Notes under the pieces: generated by a model
The model's database searches: none
Told to the model about the DNA's origin: nothing
The model's input: the letters and a program-made list of their open reading frames with translations, nothing else
Translations under genes and position numbers: made by a program
DNA from: Microthyrium microscopicum
Taxonomy: Eukaryota
Assembly (NCBI GenBank): GCA_010405405.1
Contig: MU004239.1
Span: forward strand, 992,001-1,056,000
Length of the DNA: 64,000 nucleotides
Direction of reading: 5' to 3'
In this document: positions 12,021 through 24,839 of the stretch, one piece after another
How the letters are laid out: the number at the start of each line of letters is the position of its first letter
Numbering within the stretch: the first letter of the stretch is position 1

Positions 12021-13434
12021 ATGAGATCTTCAATCATTACTAGTGTGTTATGTCTTTCTGCCAGTGCATCGGCGGCCTCGATAGGTACATTCTCTGATAT
12101 ATTCCTGAACAGAGTATTTGTACTAACATCAAGTAGCACGTAGAGACGATCATCCGCCTCCTGCCAAACTGCCATCACAAAGTCTACCTTCCGAATTACT
12201 TCCGAAAGATGTCAAGGTTCAAAAGGCCTTCAAGGTCGAGAAACTGACGCCTCGCATCGATCCTAAAGCCACTCGCTTAAAGCTCACTTATGGCCCATAC
12301 GAGATCAAAGGCGCCAATGTATTTTCTTCCGCGATACGCATACAATGCAGCCAGTTGCTGACTTTTCTTAGGATACCCGCAAAATGGGTTCTGGTAAATC
12401 CATGGATCCACATGGCACAAGCTGGATATACTTGGCCGGCGACGACATCCCAAGAGATATCACTGTTCTGCAAGGACATTCGCAAATGGTCGACGAGGCC
12501 TACAAAGTGATGGATGTCAAAGACGGTCTTTACAACCACCACAATGTGTTCTTCGACTTGGACGTGATAAAAAAGCCACTCATTGCCTGCGGCGATAAGC
12601 CTCATGTCGATTCACCGCTAGCCGTTCTAATGGCAGGAGCTACCGAGGCCGCAAAAGACGATGCGGTGTCCTTCAGTATCAAGGACGTCAAGTCTGGCTT
12701 TTACGTTGGCAAAAACGATCGGATCATGATACAAACAGATACCGTCAATTACCACGATGAACCAAGGTTCGTGTTTTCCGAGTCTGAATTAGAGTTTGTA
12801 CCAGGCAAGGCTGCAGGTCTCTTACCCGCGATACAATCTTCCATTGATATTGGTGTATGTGGTGGACCGAATGGAAGTAGCATCCACGCACCAAAAGATC
12901 AAAAGATTTTTACTGTAGCTGGAAATGAGATGACCATGGCTCAAGACGGCTATTTTGGCAGCACGCGTAAGTTTCTTGACCTACCTATTCTTGACAAAAG
13001 TGACTAACGATGGCGATCAGGCGCCCATATGCATGGTAACTATTTGCTGATCGAGCTTAGCTGATCTTCAGACACTGACGTTATACTAGATGGTGGCAAA
13101 AGTATGGAAGTTTTTGTAAACGGAAAGAAGGTGTGCGAAACCACTGCTGTTTATGGTGGTTCTGGGGCAACTGGTGTTGGTCCAAATGGAAAGCCTTGGG
13201 AAACCATATCGACTATGACAGCTTGCCCAACAATCAAGGTTGCGAAGGGAGATAAACTATCCATGAAGGCTCATTTCGACATGGAGGCCCATCCAGCGTA
13301 AGTAATCAAACTGATATACGACTTCTGAAAGTTACAGCAGCTAAAATATGTCTAGGCGTGAGTCGTCACATGGAGAAATGTCAGAGGCGATGGCTCTTTT
13401 CGTTGGTGTTTGGGTTTCAGCGACTCCGGCATAG
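12021..13434 (+). CDS. Secreted hypothetical protein with PHM/DBH-like (SURNod19-like) His/Met motifs
   Basis: Signal peptide MRSSIITSVLCLSASASA; six exons with canonical introns, including a 15 nt microexon 13021-13035; spliced protein has YNHH, RAHMHDGG, CETTAVYG, MTAC and C-terminal HGEMSEAMAL. Confidence 0.75.
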
Positions 13435-14956
13435 ATATATTATTTCTAGAATCCAGACTGCAATAGAATTGGCCAGTTTTCCTTGACTTGATTCAAATTG
13501 CTGAAAAGGCACAAAGTTGACAGAGCTCACCGCTGTAAGAAGTGAGATTCATGCCAGAGGCAATGAGAAGATATGAATAGTTCGGTCAGCCGATTCTGTC
13601 CAGCATAGGCCCGAATAATCCTTGGAGCTGAGAATATGCATAAGCACAGCCACTGTAGTTTGGTGTATCTTTGGTAATGATTTGGCCACGTTCTATAGGT
13701 ATAAGAAAAAATTCGTGACAGCGGCCTCTGGATCCTCTTGTTAGTTTACCTAGAGCGATATGCAGTTTGGTTTTCAAAGTAAAACTATGCAGTAGTTAGA
13801 TTTAACTTTATCCACCAAGGACATGCCTGGGAAATCCATATACTATTACCTTTCCGTACTAGAGTCATTCAACCTCAATTTGGGATACCCGTCAAACTGT
13901 CATTGTCAGTTCTAAGAACCTGGACTCCTTGCGATAATCAATTGTCAATCGGACAATCCGGGGAGCCTGGGATTGCCAGTTGGCATGCAAGCCAAACGGG
14001 AACAAGACTTTAGACCCTACCGTACCAACCATTTATTGGAACTTGTGTCTGTAGAAACTTGTGGCCCAATTGAATGAATCCACAATATGCAGCCTTACGG
14101 AGCAAGCCGCTGGTGTTCTTCACCCAAGGCTTATCCAAGTGACCAAGTCTGTGCATCAGCCATTTGGCCCAGAACTGGTCGGTTATGCAACTCTGTGAAG
14201 AGTAACTTAGCTGCGCGCACTGCGAAATTGGTCTTATTCAGTCGCTTGGCAAACACAGCTATAATGCAGCCAAGACACAAATTTTATCAGGCCACTGGAA
14301 GTCTTGAATCCAGTTAAACAAAACTTACCGTAACTCTTGCATGGCTCCGTCTTGTTGACACCGGGAACTAACTTATATTGTGATCGTGTTCACAAGTTCA
14401 ACGTCTTGGCAAGCTCCGACTCTCAGAGGCTGAAAGTCTCAAATCTCGGTGCCATTGTTTTTCTTGCCTGATCAGACCAGTATCATTGGGCATCGTGAGT
14501 TGTAAAAATGAAGACACAACTTGAAGATCGATAAGACGGCATTTGCGATAAATAGTACGGCGTATGACAGTAACGGATACCACGCAATATTCGATAGAAC
14601 TCGTCGTACCATCCTTTCAAGGACGAGTAGAAAATGCTGCGCCTACGCCTTAAATCCTTTTTCGGCAATCAGCCACTGCTTGTGCTTACATCTTGGCATA
14701 AACAGCCGTCAACGACGCCATGCACTCTTGCGGTAAAGACTCGCATTATTGGGTGGTTTTCAGCCCCCGATGTAAAGGCTCTTCGGTTCGTGTAAGCAGT
14801 CCTCGAAGATAAAAATGTTCTGTTCGCCTTCCTCCTCCACAGCCAACTTGTGAGCCTCTTCTTATACTTTAACTCCATGCCGGATCAGGTTGGAACTCAT
14901 AGAAACCTCCAGCATCTTCATCTACGGCAGACACAAGACCAAATTCGCTATCAGTC

Positions 14957-15878
14957 ATGGGGACCATAATATTGCGCGTCCTCTTGGCCGTGCTTATGAT
15001 TGACTGCTTGATCGAAACCGGAATGATTGGCAGCACTGTCGGTTTTCTTCACAAAGATGGCCTATACAAGATGGAAAACAACAAGATACTCGACGCAAAA
15101 CCGAAACACATAGATGCAAACCACGGCCACACGGCAAATGGTGCATCCGGTTCAGCTCTTATGCTGGTAGGCTTGCTTGGACTTATCCTTCTCGGAGGTC
15201 GGGGATTTATCGAGCGACGAGTAAGAAAATTCCCCTACGAGTTACCGAAACCAGAAAGCGAAATCTTTGATGTTGTTTCAAAACTTTGTCTTTTCTACGA
15301 AGCATTGTGTAAAACAATTGACTTCTCCGCTCTTGATTCATCCAAATCATGAACATTCAGGGTCTTGAAGAGTCAAGACCGAATAATCACCCCCACAAAA
15401 ACACGTTTTTCAATCCATTCTTTCCAAACTAACGCATGCACAGTTCCCACGCTACCTAATTCCACTTTACACGACCTGGCTCGTGCTCACCATCCTCTCC
15501 TTCCTCCTCACCCTCGCCGCGCTCATCTACGTCTTCGTCGTCGTCCACCAAACAAGTGGTCAAACAATCGACATCAACGACCAAAGTCTTACCACCGGCA
15601 GCCACTATCCGCTAGGCAAATGGGTACCGCAGACATGGTATGCCGCTGTACTGGACTCTCCGCTAGTGTTCGTGAATAAGAGCGATCATGATAATGTATC
15701 GACTCACTTGGCGCTCATGAATGGCTGGAAGTGGAATTTGATCGTACTGTTTCTCCTTGAACTTGCTGCGACTGTGATGATTGTCATGGAGTATAGAAAG
15801 GTGCGCAAGAGCCGATCATACAGCAACGTTGCTGTGACTGAGAAGCATGGGCAAGAAGCCGCATTTGCTGAAGCATAG
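14957..15878 (+). CDS. Four-TM integral membrane protein (MARVEL-like fungal family)
   Basis: ORFs 14957 and 15483 joined by phase-0 intron 15221-15443; four hydrophobic helices; GHTANGASG and WVPQTWY motifs. Confidence 0.75.
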
Positions 15879-16057
15879 AAGGAATGATCTTTGTTTCAAA
15901 AATGGCTTGGGAAAAAGAAGACTTACTGATACGCTCATTAATTTAATCAATAATGCATAGCAAAGCGAAGGACGGCGGGAAATTGAAGAGCTCACCCGTT
16001 TCTGTTGGCAAAATTTCATTAACACACGGTTTAACAATGGTGCTACTTGTACTTGAA

Positions 16058-17456
16058 TTACAACAACGTCAATGTTTTTGAATCCTCATTTTTTTCTTCT
16101 TCCACCGTGTGTTCAGATGCTTGCTCGCTCTTGTCCTCAACATTACGCCGCTCGATAATTCGCTTGCACATACCATTCACATCTCCACGTTCGCATGGCA
16201 CAGTATACACCAACTCGATCCCAAAATCTCCCACCTGCTCCATAACTCTCGCGGCGTTTGAAATCGAGATCGTCTTGACAGGTGTTCCTGTAAACTGCTC
16301 GTTCCCCAAGTACGGCATCGGCTCATAGATGAGTTCAATGCGCCGCAGTGCTCGCCTCTCTGACGCTGCAGTAAATGCGAGCCCCTGGAACCAGTCCAGC
16401 GTAGTAACAGCGTTGACAAAGCTTTCAAACTCCCAAAACAGATTGTTGAAGCGAAAGTCGACGATGAATGTCTGCACTGTGGGCGTGATCATCGTTCGCA
16501 CAACGACGTCTGGCTTCAGAATGTGAAGGGGCTGGAAGCGTGTTGCGGGCGGGTTGGGGAGGGTGGTTTGGTAGTCTGGGTGAGTGTTGTTGCGACGGTA
16601 GCTCATTAGCATAAAGCGCGAGATGTGGACTGTTCGTAGGTTTTGGAAGTGGGTGAGAGAAAGTGATGGGTGAACTCCACTGGCTTGAGGGCCTTTTCGG
16701 ATAACGAGATGTTTGAGAGATTGGCTGTGTGCGCCGGCCAAGGCGAGGATTGGGTTTTCGTCAGCGGATTGGATCAGGGGCAGCCAGTCAGTTGTGAGAG
16801 ACTCTAGGGAGTTTGGTAGAAGTTTGGCGAGTATGTTTTCCATGCTGTCACGGCCGCTACATGTCATTAGTCATTGTGTATCCGATATCATGAGAAGTGA
16901 GTGGCTCTTACCCAGTGATGGTCAAGTGCTTGAGCCGTGGCATGTTTTCAAACATCGTCTCAAGCATCCGGAAATGAATCTGCTGAAATACAGGAATATT
17001 TATATCTGGTACATGGATTCTCAGACACTCCACATTGCACTTATCCTTATTCTTTGCCATGCTCCACAGATGCAGAAAATCAAAGTCAATATTGGGCGCT
17101 TTGTACGCAAGGATTCTCTCCAGTAGATCAGGACAATCCTCAAAACGAACGTTGAGGATATGACAGTGTCTGGCATCCTCTTTCGTCAAATTGTATCGTC
17201 GGTTGTAGTTGATTTCTGGAATTTTGAAAGACAAGCTGCGATATAGCATTGGCCGTATGATCGCTTTGAAGAGTTGACAGACTTGAGAGAGTGTTCTGGC
17301 AGTTGATTTTGAGCCTCCTTCACCACAGCATGTCTCGATTGGCAATGTCGTCCAGCCGTATAGAGGTATCAGCGCTTCGTCGATGATCATGGTCAGTATC
17401 TCTAACGGAAGTCCCAGCATATGGAAGCGACCAGCGCCCATGTTGGCTTCTGCCAT
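16058..17456 (-). CDS. F-box-like protein with RNI/LRR-like region
   Basis: N-terminal LGLPLEILTMIIDEAL..LSQVCQLFKAIIRPMLYRSL; intron 16911-16857 joins the two ORFs; LxxLxI repeats. Confidence 0.7.
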
Positions 17457-18126
17457 GTTGTTGGGAATGTTGCCTTTCAAGTTAAGTGTTGTGGAAAAGA
17501 AAGAAGAAGTAGACAGGAATTAAAGCGATTGCAATAGTACATGTGCGGCTCTCAAAGCCGTATAGTCGTGAGTAAAGCAGAATAGTTGAGAGAACACGCG
17601 AAACCAGAAACCTTAAAAGGATAATTGCCTCCTCAAACGAGACTATATCGCTCGTTGGCTCCTTTCCATGGTAACTTGAACAGCATGACAGACAATCCTT
17701 TACAAACAACCAGAGCCTTCTTCGATTGTTCACACTGTCACATCTACAAAGATCTCCTGAGCTCAAATCACAAGCAACAACAGAGACATATCAACCGATT
17801 ACACATAATTCATTGACAATAGACTACAAAGTCCAAGCACTAAACGCTATACAACGTGCCGTCATGGCTACAATTCAAACCAATAGGAGTATCAATATCA
17901 ATGCCAATTCTTTTGCCCAAGCAAAACCCCATCCGATCGCCAATACCCAAAATGGCGGCCCCTATTCCATCAACCCTATGCATAAAAATAAAAACTCCGC
18001 CGCTATGCACTTGTCATGATAAATACATGAATAAAACAATACAAACGTCCCAATTACACAGGTGTCCAACGTTGGCATGCCCGTTCAGCGACACAGCACG
18101 CGCCGAAGCAGCCTTCTCCATTTATT

Positions 18127-20729
18127 CTACATCACAGCACACTGTCTATCCGGCGCATTTGGGTCTTCTGGCGGCGTAGCTTCTCCGCGTGATTTACTCT
18201 TTGGCCGCAGTGATTTCCGTCGGCCGATGCTGGAGTACTTGTCCTTCTCTTTCGTCTTCTCTTTCCCATTTGTTGTAGTGCCGTCGGGCAGTGGCGGGCC
18301 TTCAGCTTCAACCGCGCGTGTAGCGGGATTCGATTGCTCAGAGGTAGTGCTGTCGCTAGCAGTGGTGACTGTGACGTTGAGAGGGAGCTTGTCTTTGCTC
18401 ATGGCACCGCGGATACCCTTTACGAGGTCGCCCATGGTCATGCGGCTGTCGGCGGGCGGCATACTCTTAGGTCGTGCGCGTCGGCTGCCTACGCTGAGCC
18501 ATAGGGCGCGAGAAGAGCGTTTCTCTGACTTTTCTGTGCTGCCTCGTTTTCTTGGTGGGCTAGTAGTGCCGCTGACACTTTCTTGAGGGCTAGTAAGCTC
18601 TTTTGCACCAATATAACCGTCTTTGTTGGTGGTAGTGGTTGCGTCTTCATGTGGTGTGGTGGTTGCCGAATGCCCATAGGAGCTGTCTGTAAAGGCAACA
18701 CTGTTGCGCTTCTGGTCAGAGTCTTGGGACTTGCGAGATCTGGATTTGGAAGTCCGAGGAATATCGAGAGATCGTGGTCGAAGGGTATCATCTCCGAGCT
18801 TCGGAGGCGCCGACAGAGCTTGTTCAAGAGATCGTGCAGAGCTGGAGGGAGAGGCTGTTCTAGGGGTCAGGAGTATTTGAGCAGGAGGGAGATGCGCAAC
18901 TCTAGCTTCTGGAGTAATGATATCATCGCGTTCGGCGGGTAAAAGAGAAAGTTGAGATAGTGACTGCGAGACTGATGTTTCAGGTGTGATAGTCGCAGTA
19001 CTATTGCGAGCTTCAGTAGTGGCGGGAGTTGAGATATTGGTGGCTTCGGCGTAAGTTGGAGGCTCTTCGGGGTCGGAAAAGGATCGTTCAGAGTATGTTT
19101 CTTCTTCCTCATCATCATCAACAGGCTGGACCTGGTAGAAGAGCAGATACGGGCATTCCTTTTTTAATGCTTTGCGAATATCAACTGTGGTGACTCTCTC
19201 CTTGGCCAAATCATCGAACATGAGCCATTGGCATTTGCGATCTGACTCTGATCCTTCAAATCGAATCTCGTTTGGCGCTGGACGTACAATCGAGACGTAA
19301 TGTCCCGCATTAAGAGACACGCCTCGATGGAATATTACTGATTGCAAAGACAGCTTGAAAGTGGAGAAACTAGATCCAAAACCATCCTCTTCATTCCCAT
19401 TGGAAACAAAATGGGGAAGCCGAATTTCCAAAGGAATATCGATATATGTATCGACTCGTCTCGGCCCGTCCTTGGTGATGCCGTACCGTTTCAGGCATAT
19501 ACCCAAAACAGGTCTTCTCTTGGCAAAATGTGCGGCTACTTGAGCATCTGTCGTAGGCTGTCCTTCGGTTGTTGGCTTCGCTTGAAACCAAGGAATGAGA
19601 TTGAAGAATTGCCAAGCAGGTATGGTGACTTCTTTGCGAACCGCTTGTCCTGCTTCTTGCTGCTTACCACCATAAATCACATCTGTGTCGTCCTTTGGAG
19701 TCGTGATTTTGTTTGCGGCTCCTGTTAACAATTCCATTTTACGTTGTCGAAAAACAGACTGGGTAGTTGATTGTCGCTTGAGCTCCACCTCTTCTACATT
19801 TGACGAGCCCCCCTTCTCTGTGGGTAATTGAGGTCTCGAATTGACGGTATTACGCCGTTGTAGCAGTCGCTTAACTTCGATCTTGTTGTTGAAAAAGCTT
19901 TCCAGGCAATCTTCCAGCTTGACTGCGGTACCTTCAGCTTGCCCTTCCGGTATTGCCACATCTAATAATCTTTCCCGTACATATCTATGATCGTCCATCG
20001 ATTCTTTCCCAGTATGGTACACGTCCATTTTGAGGGTCAAGAGGGGCAGAGCCAACTATCATTCAATTAGCCAAAGTTCTTGTCAGCAGGTCGAGAACTA
20101 TTTCAGAAGATCCACATATTGAACGAGCAGGGTAATCTTGCCTTGTCTGTTATGAAGGTAAATGCCTCTGACACATCTTGCTGTCGAATCTCACGTGCAT
20201 CCTCCCACCCACAATCTGCCATTGCGTCTTGAATATGCTTAGCTATATCCACAGTAATGAGCTTGCCTGTTCGCAACATGTTGACCCAGAATCTCAGGGT
20301 AATTGCAAGCTGGTTGATAGCAGGATCGTGGAATTCGACCGATAGCATGGATTCAAAGCTGTCTACTCGTGCAAACATGGCGAAAAGGAGCGAGTCGATA
20401 TAGCATGTGACCATGTTTCTATTTTCAGCACCAAGCATCGGGATCACCGGATTGAATTTGACCATTTTGCCAGATATTGTCTCGTGGAAGAGCCGTATGA
20501 GTTGAACAGCCTTATCTGGGTCGCCATTTGAATAAGGATGTTGTAAAGCATACTTGATGTGAGAATCCTTGATATCTGTGATCTCTAGTTCCTCTAAACG
20601 CTTAGAAATTTCTTGTATCTATAGACCATTAGCATTCGTGGCTGATTGGTTGAGAGGCGGGGAACAGAATGACTGGTGAAGCTCTATCAACAATGATGAC
20701 AGATAAACCAATTCTTCTGACATATTCAT
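18127..20729 (-). CDS. Ubiquitin C-terminal hydrolase (USP/peptidase C19 family)
   Basis: Cys box NRNMVTCYIDSLLFAMF, QQDVSEAF, His box HRGVSLNAGHYVS, WLMFDD, YLLFYQ; long S/T-rich tail ending CAVM; start exon (MNMSEEL) approximate. Confidence 0.88.
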
Positions 20730-22228
20730 ACAACGCCACTTGCCGAGCGCATCGCTATAAGCGAAGAACTTGGAATGCAGCGTGGGAGTTGGTATCATTG
20801 TCGGTGGGAAAAAGAGGAACGGGTAAGCCAGAGAATTAACGCGCCACCATCGAGAACCATGTCTGCCATTTACCGCACTTGATATCGAGTGCTTTGATTC
20901 CCATCGTAAACCATAGAACTCCAAGCTCTAAACGCACTCTTTGGGAAGCAAAGCAATCGACGACAAAGCGTAGTGGATGGTTGACATCACACTCGATGGG
21001 AGCATGCCAGTCATTCTACCGCCTGGGAGAGGGCTGAGAAAGAATGGGATACAAACATTTTTTTCCTCATCGCGAGAGGATTTTTTCTTGTCTTCGTGAT
21101 GAAAGATGCGATATATATCCTGGAATTTGTGTTAGCGCGGCGATATGTTTGGAGAGGAATTGTTTACCTTGGCTGAAGGAGTGTGTCCCTTGCCCTTCTT
21201 CTCTCTTCGACTCAGAAACCTACTGACGCCGTTCATGATGGGATAACAATTGATGAATTAGCAGACCATGGCGTATGGTGGAGCTGATGAGAGTTGTATT
21301 CCCTCTCTTAGAAGAGGCGGAGATCAATAGAAAGCGGAAACCATATGCCGGGAATGAATGGTGAATTCTGCAGGGACAGTCCGACAGGCGGGGTTCTTTG
21401 GGCGATATTGAGCAAGAACGACGTGGGGGGATGCAGCGTAACCCTTGAAGAGACGTTTCAGCGGTACTTCAGACACGCGCGCAGGAGAAGCTGAAAGTAG
21501 CAGAGGTGTACGGATGGAGTCAGTAGGTCCCAGTGCTGATTTGAGGAAGTTATTGAGACTGGAGGAGGAAAGATTGGAGAAAGAGATGAGAGAATAGAGT
21601 TGGTGGTAGATAATTGAGATAGATAATGCAGCCTGGCGCCTTCTGGAAATCCCAAGTTGACTTGCGTTAGTTCTGCAGAATAGTCTATTAGTAGTGTGGC
21701 GGCTGTGTGGTAGTGAAGCTGTAATGGTGATCTTGACTGCTTGTAGATGGCTGCAACGTCCGTGAACCTGTCAGAAGGGTCTGACCAGGTATTGATAGAC
21801 CCTGGAATCCTGTAATCCTGGATAGTGGTAATGGGTAGTAGCTAGGGCCAAATTGATGGATGGATCTTTGTTGGTGTCAGAAGTAGAAAGTAGAGCGAGC
21901 GGGGGCCTCAAGAAGGATTGAGGATTGCAGAACTGCTGCTTTAAGGTTGATTGTTTGCATTGGTTCACTTGGTCTCTGGCCTCTGCCAGCTGGTGACTTG
22001 ACAGGTTTTGCAGTCAGCCAAGACTGCACTGCGTATCATGTGCAAAATCCAGAATAACAAAAGCAACGTTAACGTGAGAAAAAAATGAAACCTCTATGGG
22101 TAGATATGTAAGCATTTGATCGCTCTTTCTCTTTGCTTCCGGTTTGCTCCCTAACTCCTTCCTTCTTTCCCTTCCTTAGGTGTTCCTACTCCTTCAACAC
22201 GCATGTACTCATCGCGTGGGCTCACAAG

Positions 22229-22380
22229 TGTTGCAAGAATATGAGAAATAAAGCGTGGTTGATTACTACGGGGGTCTAAGGGCCTAATATAGTTTTTAGG
22301 ACACGCTGATTAGGGGATTATGTTATCCCTAATTAGGTCCTACGATTATCTAATCCCTTAGTATATTCTTTATTATAATA
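22229..22380 (-). repeat. 3' LTR (left copy)
   Basis: Direct repeat of 31680-31831; begins TGTTGCAAG; followed on the plus strand by a pyrimidine tract TTCTTCCTT (PPT on the minus strand). Confidence 0.95.
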
Positions 22381-23024
22381 TTCTTCCTTACTAGCGTGAA
22401 CTTTCCTAAGATTATAAATCCTATAGCTATAGCTTTAATAAATGAGTAAAATAAAAAGAATATTATAATAACTAATAAGGAACCTCTACCTAGGAACTAG
22501 GTTTATCGCCTTAGTTATATTAGATAGTAATCTCTAAGATATTATTCCTTAAGAACTCTTCCTAAGATCTTAGTTAAACTATCGTAAATAGTACTTAGGC
22601 GTTTATAGTTCCTTAATTCTTTTAGGAAGGTTTATCTATATAAGAGCTATTAGTAGTAGTATATTAAGGAATTATAAAGGGTTTATATAAGTATATTAAG
22701 GCTACTTAATCTAGTAAGGGATATATATAACCTACGTATTAAGGCCTTAAAGGATAAAGTTTGTAAGAAGTAACGTATAGGTAGTAATAAAGAACTAGGT
22801 AGTAATTACTAGTCTAAGTAAATATAGGGATAGGAGCTTAATTCTATATTTATAAAGCTTTATAATTTATTGTCTTCTCTTTTTCTTTTTTATTATATTT
22901 TTACAATATTTTTAAACTAGTAGAAGTAGATTTCCTCTTATACTTCTAATATTATTAAATATAAGTAACTTTATATATTCTCCTTACTTAAAACTTACTA
23001 TTTATACTTCTTAAGGCTCTTAAA

Positions 23025-24580
23025 ATAACTTCTCTAGGCACTCTAAAGAAAGATAGCTCTTAGAAGTCTAATAAGGGAAACTCTTCTTGTTTAGGCGCTT
23101 ATTAGAAGATTATTAACGCTCTAAAGGAGGATAAGTAAGAGTAGCCCTTACCTTATATAACCTATTTACGTAAGAAGGTTAAGACTAAGGTTCTATCCTC
23201 TTTGCTAAGTTATAAGAAAATTCCTAAGGAATTAGTTTATAACTTAGTTAAGCGTTATTCTTATTTTATAAGTTTTTAGCTAATTAACTAAATTCTAGAG
23301 GCTAATAAGAAGGAGGAAGATCTCTTTAGTAATACCTCTAGTAACGTTTCCTATCCTTACTATAAGTTTCTAGTACCTTCTATAATGCTAAGAATGTCTT
23401 ATTAAATAATTCCTATTAATAATACTCTTACTTAAGGATTAGCGCGTATAATAAGAAGTCTAGACTTATTAAAAAGTAATTATAAGGCTAAGTATAGAAC
23501 TTCTATACTTTTTAACTTATTATAAGTACGCAATTTCTATACTAAGACTTTTATAATAGTTTTAACTTGTAAGTATAAGGCTACTAAAAAAGAGTTAGTA
23601 AACTTAGTAAAGTACTAGGAGTTTATAAAGTAAGAAGTAAAAGATTATAAAGATTAACTAGCCTTTACTAATAAGAGCCTAAAAGATACTTATAAGTATA
23701 TTAAAACTACTAAAGCTACGCGTAATAAACGCGAGTAGGAGTTAAAGTAAGTAAAACTCTAAAAGTATAAACGTAAGGTAAGCTTAATAGTAATTTTAGA
23801 AGAGCTATCTACTATGCGTAGTTATACGAATATAGTAAGACTAACTATTAAGAAGAGTATAGATTATTAGGAGAAGTAGGTTAAGTTCCTAGACTCTAAC
23901 TAGTATCTTGCCTTTAAGGATATTAAACTCTTAAGGAAGAAAGTAACTTAGGAATTACTCTTCTAGCTCTTAAAATATTATTAGAAGGATAATAGTATTT
24001 TAGTAGAGGTTGCTAATATCTTAGCGCTTATACCTTAGTAAGGAATCTATTAGCATCTAAGTACTTTACTCTTAACTAGGAATATTCTATTATTGTCTTT
24101 TTATTTAAAGACTTCTATAATATATATAATTATAGGAGTAAAGTAAGAAAAGGCTTATATATATTACTAAGACTTGTCGTAAGTCTATACTTATAATAGG
24201 TACGTTATTAGTATACGTAAGAGGAATAAGGCTCCTTTCCTAGATAGTGCCTATATTAATTATGCGTTTAATAGCAAACCTTAAACTTGTTTATTTTATA
24301 AGGACTACGTCTCGCTATAGGGTTAGAAGAAAGGTCTAAATCTTACTATTATTTAATTATCTACTTCTCTTAGCATTTCTAAGTTACTAATTAATAAGGA
24401 GTACTTTAGAATAGCTAAAATTGTTATAGGATTAGTAGCCTAGGTAAAGCTCTTAGAGAATAAGAAGAAGGAGTAGGTATAGGCCTTAAAAAGATAGGAC
24501 TTTGTAGGATTATAATAGGATGTATAGTAGTGGTTCTTTAATATTCTTATATTTCTTAGTCTTATCTTATTAGTTTATTA
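23025..24580 (+). pseudogene. RIP-degraded extra antisense ORF inside the retroelement: coiled coil plus Cys6 (DUF3716-like) motif
   Basis: One frame reads as protein for about 520 codons if TAA/TAG are read as Q/W; E/K/Q heptad stretch near 23570-23960; 24135-24299 de-RIPs to G..EKACxxCQ..CV..FLDGACVNCAFNGKPQTCSF; ends approximate. Confidence 0.65.
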
Positions 24581-24839
24581 AAGGGTAGACTTTAGTAATA
24601 GTCTTAGGAATTACTAGGGAGATCTAAAGATAACTTATTATATTTAAATATCCTTAGTAACGATCCTAGGAATTACTAGGAAGATCTAAGGATTTAGCTT
24701 GTTTATTATAGCTTGTAATAGTTTACTTAAATTAATAATAAAATAAAAGTAATTTCTTATAAATAGTTTCTTAAATAAATATAATTAGGAAAGGTTATAA
24801 AAGAGATAATAAAAGGTTAATTTTTCTTTTCTTTCCTAT

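Noticed and set aside
16058..20729. F-box plus deubiquitinase as a functional module
   Set aside because: Only adjacency supports it and both families are common
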